Shown: positions 18,389-26,644 of the stretch, in pieces
How positions within the stretch are numbered: the stretch's first letter is position 1
Layout: every line of letters starts with the position of its first letter
NCBI GenBank assembly: GCA_013152765.1
Contig: JAADFT010000534.1
Span: 1-28,491 of the forward strand
DNA length: 28,491 nucleotides
Source: Calditrichota bacterium
GTDB lineage: Bacteria; Zhuqueibacterota; Zhuqueibacteria; Oleimicrobiales; Geothermoviventaceae
Direction of reading: 5' to 3'
Notes under the pieces: model-generated
What the model was told of the DNA's origin: nothing
Seen by the model: the letters and a program-made list of their open reading frames with translations, nothing else
Databases searched by the model: none
Program-made: the position numbers and the translations under genes

Positions 18389-19336
18389 ATGAGGTACAAA
18401 CTCCCATTCTTGCGGAGGGCATGCCTCGCGTTCCTGGTGCTCCTGTTCTTCGCGGTACCAGCAGGTTTCCGCACCGCCGACGCGGCCAAGAAGGCCGAGA
18501 AGGTTGGCGACCAAACCTGCCTGACGTGCCACGAAGACGTCGGGAAATCTTTTGCGCACAGTGTTCACGCGCAAAAGACCACGACGAAGGGGTACACCTG
18601 CGAGGCCTGTCACGGGCCAGGGTCTGTTCACGCAGAAAGCATGGACCCGGCCGACATCTACAACCCGGCGACCGACTACAATCCGGTCGCACCCAACCCA
18701 TGTCTCACCTGTCACAACGGACCGCAGTTCACCTCAGCCACAGCTTCGGCTCACCACGAGCTGGCGGACGGCTGCAGCGACTGCCATCAGGTCCACTCCA
18801 CCGAACCGAAGCTCCTGAAGAAGCAGGGGTCCGAGCTTTGCGTCGACTGCCACAAGGACATCGGCGCCAAGTTCAGCCTCACTTCGCACCACCCGGTGAA
18901 GGAAGGCCTGATGAGCTGCACAAGCTGTCATGCCGTCCACGGTGGCGACAACAAGTTCACGCACACGGACAACAGCCGTGAGCTCTGCATCTCCTGTCAC
19001 ACGGACAAGGCTGGTCCGTTCGTCTTCGAGCACGAACCGGTGAACGAAGACTGTGGCATTTGCCACGACCCGCACGGGACCGTGGCGAACAACCTTCTGA
19101 AGCAAACCGAACCGTTCCTCTGCATGTCGTGCCATCCGGTGCACTTCCACACGGGCATTGCTGGCTACATCGGCGACTTCAAGAACCCGCTCCACCCGGA
19201 GCGCGGTGGCAAGTCGACGCTGGACGGTTTCAAGTCCGGCATGCTCACCAAGTGCACCCAGTGCCACACGCAGATTCACGGTTCGGATTTGCCGTCTGAG
19301 AGTATTTCAAGCCGCGGACGCTCTTTGACCAGATAG
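18389..19336 (+). CDS. Periplasmic decaheme c-type cytochrome, MtrA/DmsE family
   Basis: RBS GGAGGAG, signal peptide, 10 CXXCH with MtrA-type spacing, HHPVKEG, GPFVFEHEPV and C-terminal CTQCHTQIHGS motifs. Confidence 0.93.
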   Translation: MRYKLPFLRRACLAFLVLLFFAVPAGFRTADAAKKAEKVGDQTCLTCHEDVGKSFAHSVHAQKTTTKGYTCEACHGPGSVHAESMDPADIYNPATDYNPVAPNPCLTCHNGPQFTSATASAHHELADGCSDCHQVHSTEPKLLKKQGSELCVDCHKDIGAKFSLTSHHPVKEGLMSCTSCHAVHGGDNKFTHTDNSRELCISCHTDKAGPFVFEHEPVNEDCGICHDPHGTVANNLLKQTEPFLCMSCHPVHFHTGIAGYIGDFKNPLHPERGGKSTLDGFKSGMLTKCTQCHTQIHGSDLPSESISSRGRSLTR

Positions 19337-19350
19337 GAGGGCAGACGACG

Positions 19351-21519
19351 ATGAGAAGCAAACAGAGCATCGCCGTTGCAGTTGCTGCGCTCGTCGCCTC
19401 CCTCGTGCTTCTTGGCACAGGGGCGTTCGCGCAGCAGCCTGCAACGACGTGGCAGGTTTGGGTTGGCAGTCACTACTCCGGCTTGCAGGACTACCGGGAT
19501 AAGGTGGCCGAGTTCGATTGGGCCACCAACTCTCCGGAGTTCGCTGCAAAGCTGTCGCACACGTTCGGGAAGAACGTGCTCGACGTGTCGGGCCTTTACT
19601 ACGACCCGAAGCGGATGGCTCTGAACGCCTCCGCGGGGCTCGGCGGCTGGCTGAAGGCGGACGTTTCGTACCGGTCCTTCTACCGTCGACTCCAGAACGA
19701 CCTGATGGAAAACCTCGTGGTTCGCGAAGCCAAGGATCGCATTGGTTCGGCGCCGGGTGGAAAGATGATCACCCACGACAACCCAACGCCGGCTGCGACG
19801 TTTGGTTACACGCGGCGCGAGATCAACACCAAGCTCGAGGCCCGCATCCCCGGTCTCAAGATGCTGAAATTGCGCCTTGAGCACCGGTCGATCCTGGAGG
19901 ACGGCAACGAGCAACGCCTGGCAGCCATGCACTGCTCGTCGTGCCACGTGGAAGCCATCGACATGAAGGTGGACCGCAAAACGCACGACGTGGCCGCCGG
20001 TGCCGACCTGGATGTTGGGCCAGTGAGCATCTCGTACACGGCGCGAATTCGCCAGTTCCGCGATGACGCCCCAATTTACGAGATGAAGTACGACACGGCG
20101 CAACACCCGATCAACGGAAAGTTCGTGGAGGAGTTCAGCTCACGCGAACTCTTCAGCGGGCAGGTCGCGCCGATCAACAGTCCCCTGCAGGTGGACCAGT
20201 TGTCACACGTCTTCAAGGCCAAGGCTCACCTCGGAGCTGGCGAAGTCGTTGCCAGCGCCGTCACCAGCAACGCGAAGAACAAGGTAAAGAGCCTGAACCT
20301 CAAGACGAACGCCGCCAACGTCCGCCTCACCTACCCGCTTCTGCGGAAGGTGAAGGTGGTGGCGCAGGGTTCGTACGACCGCATCAAGAACGACCCCGTG
20401 TTCATCGACCTGCCACCGTGGCGAGCAGGACGGCCGGGCGGCGGTCAGAACTTCGACTGGTGGCGGTACTCCAGCCTCACCCGAACGGACATGGAAGCTT
20501 CGGCTCAGGTGCTGTACGTGCACAGCCGGGCCGTGCGCTTCTCCTTGCTGGGTGGAGTTGGCCGCATCATTCGAGACGACTACCCGTACCAGGGAGCCAA
20601 GGGCAAGACCACCACGATGAAGTTGCGGCCGGAGTTGCGGCTGAGGCCGGTGCAGGGCCTCACGGCGCGGCTGCGCTACAGCGTGGAGGTCACAGACAAC
20701 CCGTTCGCTCCGTACAACTACTTTTTCGAGCGTTCGGGTCACTCACTCACCCCTCTGCCGGGTAACACGCTGGTCTACTACTTCCAGCGCAGACAGCTTC
20801 GCTACGGGAACATCACCAGCTTGCCCACCCTGGAGCACGCTGTGGATGTGAAGCTGACGTACCGTCAGTCTTCCAGCGTGAAGCTGACGGCTGGAGTGAA
20901 GGCCAGCATTGGCACCAACAAAGACAACAAGGAGCTGAGCTTCAAGCATCGGACTCTCCAGCCGCAGTTCGGCCTCACGTTGAGTCCGAACTCGCACTGG
21001 TCCGTGTTCCTGGACTACTCCCTGATTCTTGAAGACCAGAATGGGCTCCTGTCGGTGCCAATGATGGACGGCTGAGCGGGCCACCTGTTCGGCGCCGGTG
21101 GCGCCGTTAAACACTACGGCTCGCTGTACGGGGAAACCCACTACGTCTCTCTGTCCAACTTCCTGAGCGGCGGTATTCAGTACCAGGGGCAGAAGCTCAG
21201 CGGTGGCCTGACGTTGAGCATCATGCAATCCCGAGCTGGCATGGACCCAATCTACATGCCGGATGCTCCCCACGAGGTGTTGGAATCCATCGAAGCCGCT
21301 CGCTACAACTACTACATGACCCACACTTACTCCGACCTCGGCTACACGTACGTGAATGCCGGCCTGGGCCTGGAGTACAAGCTGAACGACCGCCTGGCCA
21401 TCACAGGCAACCTGGACTACTACTACCTGCGTGATGGTCGCGGGTACGTGTTCGGCAACGAAACGGGGTCATTCTCTGTAATCCGCACCGGCTTCAAACT
21501 GTACGGTTCGGCGAAGTAA
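19351..21519 (+). CDS. Outer-membrane beta-barrel (MtrB position) with one CXXCH and a probable selenocysteine at codon 575; 722 aa
   Basis: ORFs 19351-21075 and 21214-21519 are in the same frame and separated only by TGA 21073-21075. Read-through gives ...PMMDG-U-AGHLFGAGG... and continues in beta-strands to TAA 21517-21519. CSSCH at 19933-19947. A SECIS-like hairpin follows the TGA. The barrel is well supported; Sec decoding is inferred. Confidence 0.8.
21073..21125 (+). promoter_or_regulatory. In-frame UGA plus bacterial SECIS-like stem-loop
   Basis: Upper stem CGGCGCC (21090-21096)/GGCGCCG (21100-21106) with loop GGU starting 21 nt after the UGA. Lower stem AGCGGGCC (21075-21082)/GGCUCGCU (21118-21125). 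Confidence 0.75.
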
Positions 21520-21547
21520 CCCCAAGAGCCTCAACAGAGCCTACGAG

Positions 21548-21585
21548 CAAGGCCCGGCGCACCTGGCGTCGGGCCTTGTATTTTT
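21548..21585 (+). terminator. Rho-independent terminator closing the decaheme/beta-barrel operon
   Basis: CAAGGCCCGGCGC / GCGTCGGGCCTTG stem (one G-U pair), loop ACCTG, followed by TATTTTT. Confidence 0.8.
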
Positions 21586-21939
21586 CCGGCCCTGCTCGCG
21601 CCCGAGCGCAACAACCATCCCCGTCTTGGCTGGCCGTAACCTCTTAGCGAGACAACCAAATTCGTAAAGTCCGCGGGTCCCTGCCGCTTTACGCAAAGAC
21701 CGGAGGGACAAGCTGCCCTGTGTTCTCTTACGTATCTGCCGCTCGAGCAGTTTGTCCGACGCATTCATGGATTGTAGCCGGAACTCCGCATCGTTCGTTT
21801 TCATCAGCAGCAAGTCTCGCTGTCTGGATTTGAAAAATCCCGCGTGTCGCAGCTTCGTCCCGCCCGGCCAGCACGGAAGTGTTTGATCGTCTTGTCTCGA
21901 CGGGTGCGACCTCGTTCCTGCTCCCAAGCGGCTCACAGA

Positions 21940-22374
21940 CTAAAGGTTCCCTCGCGGACCTCCCCGCCTCCCAAAGGCACGCCACATGGGGGCACCGTCG
22001 GCCTCTCTGAAAACCCATTTCTTGCCATTGAGACCAACCTGGCGGGCGATCCAGTACTCTTTACCTTTGTACTCAACCACCTGAACGGCGACGTGGAGCG
22101 TTGCCCCCGGAGTGAGCCGGAGGCCAAGGTTGTCGAGGTAAAACTGAGGTCCAAGCCGGACTTCCACTTCGTCACCCTCCGGGGTGCGGAGAACAACCGC
22201 GACGGTCTCAAAACGTCCGGCCAAGGGTTTCACCTTGATAACCCGAACAATCGTGCCCCCAAGCGTAGTGCGGCGTTTGATTTCAAAGCGGTACCTGTGA
22301 AAACGGGGTTGCGCACCAGCAGTCACAGCAAATGCCAAAAGCAGCAGCACGGCAACAGCGGATTTGCGGAACAT
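21940..22374 (-). CDS. Small exported hypothetical protein, probable OB-fold (MamS/MamX C-terminal-like pattern)
   Basis: Start set at ATG 22374 behind RBS GGAGGT. Signal peptide ending AGAQ. Pattern VRLGPQFYL...WIARQV...FREADGAPMW. The fold assignment is from recall. Confidence 0.65.
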   Translation of the reverse strand: MFRKSAVAVLLLLAFAVTAGAQPRFHRYRFEIKRRTTLGGTIVRVIKVKPLAGRFETVAVVLRTPEGDEVEVRLGPQFYLDNLGLRLTPGATLHVAVQVVEYKGKEYWIARQVGLNGKKWVFREADGAPMWRAFGRRGGPRGNL

Positions 22375-22806
22375 GACAACCACCTCCATCTTTCTTTCCT
22401 TTTCTTCCTTCGTTTGCTTCCGTTGCTTGTTCTTCTCTCCTTCACCGCAGCAGCATGGCTTTTCTTCTGCGCGAAACTGGCCTCAGGCAAGCCTGCCCTG
22501 CCACCCTTCCACTCAAAAGAAGCTCTCGCCAGCGAGTCGACCGTGGTCGCTCCGGGTCATCCACAAAACCTGTGCCAGGGCTGTGCTACGGTGACTTCGC
22601 TTTCGGCGCAAGTGCACTTGAACTAAGATGTTAGAGTCACCTGGCTCTCGGGAGCTGCGCACTGTGGCGTCGACGAAATCGTCGAAACAGACGACCATTT
22701 CGTCGAAAGCAAGTGGCGAGGCTGCTCAGTTTTTCAGAACGAAAATTCAAGCTAACGTTACAAAATTCAAAATGTTAGCCGCACGGGACGGAGCCATTGT
22801 GGAAAC

Positions 22807-22821
22807 TGGCACATCCTTTGT
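22807..22821 (+). promoter_or_regulatory. Candidate sigma-54 (-24/-12) promoter for the beta-barrel/Fe-S operon
   Basis: TGGCACATCCTTTGT. IHF-like ATTCAAAATGTTA at 22765-22777. Direct repeats TCGTCGAAA at 22679 and 22700, at a typical activator-binding distance. Confidence 0.55.
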
Positions 22822-22930
22822 AGGCCAAGAGCGCGCAGCAAGAGCTGGCGGGGTTCTCGGGTCCGCCTTTCTTCAACAAGTTCGTTCGTGGGTCATCGGC
22901 GAGCACACCACTGCTGAAGGGTCTGCTAAA

Positions 22931-24202
22931 GTGAGCAACAACGTTTCACGAATCTGGAAGATCGCAACTGTTTGCCTGGCTTTTGGCGTTGGGACGGCAG
23001 CCGCTGCTCGCGGTGCCGACCTCACCGGGCGGGTTTCCCTGCGCTGGTACCGAATGCTCAACGCCGGGGCGCCAACCGCACAGACCTTCGGCGGGTACGC
23101 GCGTCTCCAGCTGACGGACCTGATGCCCGGCCTGGGATTCAGCCTTTACGTGCGGCAGTACAGGCGCCCTACCAATCCCCTGGCCGGTTCGCCCAGGATT
23201 TACGAGCTCCAGCTTTACGGCACAAAGCTCTTCGGGTTCCTCGACCTCAACGCCGGGCGACTGAACAGTCCCTACCTCGGATCTTTTGGACTTCTGGATG
23301 GGATTGCTGCGACCGCGACGCCCGCAGAACACTTCTTTTTCGGAGCCTTCACCGGCTGGCGCCCGGACTACGTGACACTCAGCTCTGACCGTGCTTTCGG
23401 ACGCCGTGGCGTGTTCATTGGGTCAACCACGCGACACCTGGAATCTCAGATTTCCCTGATCGAGGAATCCCAGGAGAACGTGACACAGCGGCGTTTTGTC
23501 AGTCTGAGGAACAGCTTCGACCTCAAGGAAAAGTTCTTCCTGTACCAGCTCGGCGAAGTTGATTTTCAGTCTGCACTGACGGGTCAGTCGCAAAAACCTT
23601 CTTTGACGTACCTTTCCACGGACTTGCGCTACTGGCCCAACCGGACATTTCGAGCCAGTGTGGGTTACACCTACCGAACAGAATACTTCAACGTCTGGGG
23701 AGATTCTCTGCTTGCAGATTCCGCGTACGCGGCTTCGGTACGGCAGAGTTGGGATACCGGCTTTACTCTCCGGCCCTTCAAACACTGGAGATTGAGCGCC
23801 GGTTACCGTTACGGATTTCGTCGCGAGGACAACGAAACGCAAACGTACTGGTACGTCGGTCTGGCCAACAGCCGTTTCTTCGGCAAATACTGGTACGCGA
23901 ATCTCCGGTACTCGCAAAGTCGAAGCCCTTACAGCGTGAGCCGCAGTCTCTACGCCTCTCTTGATTTTTCGCTGACCCGGCGAGTTCGCCTGACGCTTAC
24001 GGATCTCTGGAACCGCTACGACGGACTTGCCACAAGCTACAGCTACGATTCGCAAGTCCAGGGGTTGAGCCTGAACTTCCTGCTCAGCAGGCGAATCCGC
24101 CTTTACCTGCATGCGGATCGCTACACTGGCCCTTACCAGGACGATCGGATGCTGTACGTAGAGGTGTCGTACCGATTCTTGCGCGACTGGAGGAAGCGAT
24201 GA
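22931..24202 (+). CDS. Probable outer-membrane beta-barrel protein
   Basis: Start set at GTG 22931 (GAAGG upstream, followed by a signal peptide ending AAARGA). Amphipathic aromatic-rich strands, C-terminal YVEVSYRF. The 101 extra upstream codons in the track look non-coding. Confidence 0.7.
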   Translation: MSNNVSRIWKIATVCLAFGVGTAAAARGADLTGRVSLRWYRMLNAGAPTAQTFGGYARLQLTDLMPGLGFSLYVRQYRRPTNPLAGSPRIYELQLYGTKLFGFLDLNAGRLNSPYLGSFGLLDGIAATATPAEHFFFGAFTGWRPDYVTLSSDRAFGRRGVFIGSTTRHLESQISLIEESQENVTQRRFVSLRNSFDLKEKFFLYQLGEVDFQSALTGQSQKPSLTYLSTDLRYWPNRTFRASVGYTYRTEYFNVWGDSLLADSAYAASVRQSWDTGFTLRPFKHWRLSAGYRYGFRREDNETQTYWYVGLANSRFFGKYWYANLRYSQSRSPYSVSRSLYASLDFSLTRRVRLTLTDLWNRYDGLATSYSYDSQVQGLSLNFLLSRRIRLYLHADRYTGPYQDDRMLYVEVSYRFLRDWRKR

Positions 24203-24948
24203 ACACGCACAAGACATTCTTGATCATGGACACACGCCGCTGCCTGGACTGCGGCAACTGTGAGCGCGCCTGCGAGCGTCGACACGGTGAGCCCCGGTTC
24301 GACCGACACGGGTTCGAGGTGGGTTACATCCGCGTGCCGACAACATGCAAAGACTGTGTGGATCCGGAATGCGTGGCGGCATGCCGTTTTCAGGCCATGA
24401 TCAAGACGCGAGATCGCCTCACCCAGCCTACCGAAATGTGCGTGGGTTGCAACCTTTGCGCGCGGAAGTGCCCATTCGGAGCCATCAACATGCTGCCGAG
24501 CCAGGTGGTCCAGGAGAAAATTCTACCCAAGAAACAGGCCAAAACCGAGCGAGGACTCTTCTTCGTCTCACGATGGCTCCAACGGGCCGACAACAATGGC
24601 AAAACCGAAGGTACACCCGCTTTGACCGCCTCGAAAGGCTCCTCTGATACCAGCCCGAAAAAGGCGAAACGGAAACGGGAGGTCTGGAAGTGTGACGCCT
24701 GCGCAGGCTACAAAAAGCGGGCTTGTGTGTACAACTGCCCCACAGGGGCTTTGCGCGAAGTTGCTCTGGATGACCTCGTCAGGGAGCTTCCGAGGGAATG
24801 GGGCCAGATCTTGGTCGAGTACCTCGCGCCCGCCTTCCTGACGCGCGAAGAGAAAGAAGCAATCCGCGAAGGGAAGTTGCGTCTGGTGGTCACCGAGGAC
24901 AAACGGATCGAGCTGGCACCCGTGGAAAAGGTTGCGCTGGTCGCGTAG
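24199..24948 (+). CDS. 4x[4Fe-4S] electron-transfer protein, DmsB/NrfC-like, no signal peptide
   Basis: 16 Cys in four groups: CLDCGNCERAC, CKDCVDPECVAAC, CVGCNLCARKCP, CDAC...ACVYNCP. ATGA overlap with the beta-barrel gene. Confidence 0.88.
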   Translation: MNTHKTFLIMDTRRCLDCGNCERACERRHGEPRFDRHGFEVGYIRVPTTCKDCVDPECVAACRFQAMIKTRDRLTQPTEMCVGCNLCARKCPFGAINMLPSQVVQEKILPKKQAKTERGLFFVSRWLQRADNNGKTEGTPALTASKGSSDTSPKKAKRKREVWKCDACAGYKKRACVYNCPTGALREVALDDLVRELPREWGQILVEYLAPAFLTREEKEAIREGKLRLVVTEDKRIELAPVEKVALVA

Positions 24949-25508
24949 GACGGATTCTTGCAACGCAAACAGGTAACATGACAGCGCAGAGTTGAATTGG
25001 AAGCGAAAAGGCAGGCCGCTTGTCATTCGGCGTACGGGGAGAATCTGAAAGTGGCAAGGGACGGGGAGACACCCACGGGTAAATGTTGCCTTTCTGTCCC
25101 CAGCCATTTTCCCCTTTCTGCTTCCCGAACCGAACCTGCAGATCGCCTCTTTCGCAAGTCCAGTGTGGACCAGCGCTGCGTAGATCTACTCGTGACGTGC
25201 AAACAACCTCGGCGACGGGCCAGAGTTCTGCCTACACTCCCGGGGCGTAATGGATCAGGATCCGGGCAAAGTAGCTTGCGGCTTTAGCAAGCAACCTGTA
25301 CCCGGCCGGGCAGAATCACTGTTTCAGCAAACAGGGAATCCTGGCTAAACCCGAAGAGAGGACTCTTCTCGCGTGGGCGGGTAGCCACGTTTTGTGGGTG
25401 CGTCAGGTCTACTTTCACCCAGCATCGGCCTGGCGTTCGCCAACAGATTTTGCGGACTGAAATGGAGTTGGTGGCAATTTGAACAACGCTTGTTAAGGAG
25501 GGTTGTCC

Positions 25509-26636
25509 ATGCGGTTCAAACAGTTTTCACTCGGACTTCTGCTCACGCTGGTCAGTTGGTCGGTTTCCAGTGCGGCCACCACGCTCAAAGGCGAAGTCAC
25601 TGGCAGACTCACTGCCGCACGAAGTCCCTACCACGTGGTCGACGACCTCATCGTCCCCGCGGGCGACAGTTTGATCATTGGACGCGGCGTTGAGCTGCGT
25701 TTCGACAGCGCCAAAGTTCTCGAAGTCCGCGGCACGTTACGGATTCTTGGCACACAGCGCGCCCCCGTGCTGCTCACCTCAGCGTGGGCTCGTCCCAAAC
25801 CTGGCGCGTGGAAAGGGATTTACTTCACCAACAGCGCCAACGACCGCTCTGTCGTCCAACACGCGATCATTCGCCACGCACTTTTTGGGGTGCGGATCGT
25901 CTCCTGTTCGCCAACTCTTTCGAACACCCGAATCGAAGACGCGGGAGAACACGGCATCTGGCTCAAAACCAGCTGGGCACGTCTTGAAAGCAACCGCATT
26001 CTGCGCAGCAAGGAAGACGGTCTGCAAGCAACGAACTTTCAGGGCCTTTTGCTGAACAACCTGGTTCAGGAAAACGGTGACGACGGCATCGATCTGCGTC
26101 GGTCCACGTGCAAAGTGAAGGGAAATCGTCTCATCGCCAATCACGACGACGGGATCGTTCTGGACAGTTGCGAGGCTGTGGTAGTGCACAACACGCTCGA
26201 ACGCAACGGCGACGACGGCGTGCTGATTCGCGCCGGGCGTCCGGTCGTGGCCTACAACCTTTTCGTCCGCAACCTCTACGGGATCTTCGTTTACGGGCAT
26301 GCGGCTCCGATTCTCCAAAACAACACGCTGGTTCAAGGAACGTACGGTCTGTACGTCCGCGACCACTCCATCGCTCAGGTGATCAACTCCATTTTGTGGG
26401 ACAACGCTACTCAGATCGAAGTCGATTCCCTGAGCACCGCCAATGTGCGCCACAGCGTGGTACAAGGTGGCTACCCGGGGTCTGGCAATTCGAGTCAAGA
26501 TCCCAAGTTCGTCAGTCAAACCGATTTTCACCTGGCGCCCGGTTCCCCCTGCCTCAAGGGAGCAGACCCCTCAGCGCCGTACCACGATCCGGAAGTGAAG
26601 CAGTTGTTCATCGGTGCACTTGGACTGAAACGGTGA
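25509..26636 (+). CDS. Exported right-handed parallel beta-helix repeat protein (pectin-lyase-like fold)
   Basis: ATG 25509 behind RBS AAGGAGG, signal peptide, SPYHVVDDLIVPAG and WKGIYF motifs, roughly 22-24-aa repeats (N.GDDGI/V...N.I..N), C-terminal DPKFV..DFHL.PGSPC. Confidence 0.85.
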   Translation: MRFKQFSLGLLLTLVSWSVSSAATTLKGEVTGRLTAARSPYHVVDDLIVPAGDSLIIGRGVELRFDSAKVLEVRGTLRILGTQRAPVLLTSAWARPKPGAWKGIYFTNSANDRSVVQHAIIRHALFGVRIVSCSPTLSNTRIEDAGEHGIWLKTSWARLESNRILRSKEDGLQATNFQGLLLNNLVQENGDDGIDLRRSTCKVKGNRLIANHDDGIVLDSCEAVVVHNTLERNGDDGVLIRAGRPVVAYNLFVRNLYGIFVYGHAAPILQNNTLVQGTYGLYVRDHSIAQVINSILWDNATQIEVDSLSTANVRHSVVQGGYPGSGNSSQDPKFVSQTDFHLAPGSPCLKGADPSAPYHDPEVKQLFIGALGLKR

Positions 26637-26644
26637 ACGGGGCC

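Noticed and set aside
21073-21075. Genome-wide UGA reassignment (genetic code 4 or 25)
   Set aside because: TGA is the evident true stop of many genes here (2086, 4100, 6418, 7390, 24202, 26636), several with ATGA coupling.
21214-21519. Separate 101-aa gene, or a pseudogenised barrel
   Set aside because: It is in frame with the upstream ORF, has no RBS or signal peptide, and supplies the barrel's final strands. The SECIS-like hairpin favours recoding, although a nonsense mutation is not formally excluded.
22628-22930. 101-codon N-terminal extension of the third beta-barrel in the ORF track
   Set aside because: It precedes a clear signal peptide and overlaps promoter-like repeats, so it is treated as intergenic.
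24997-25287. 96-aa ORF in the gap before the beta-helix gene
   Set aside because: TTG start without an RBS, no motifs, and atypical composition.
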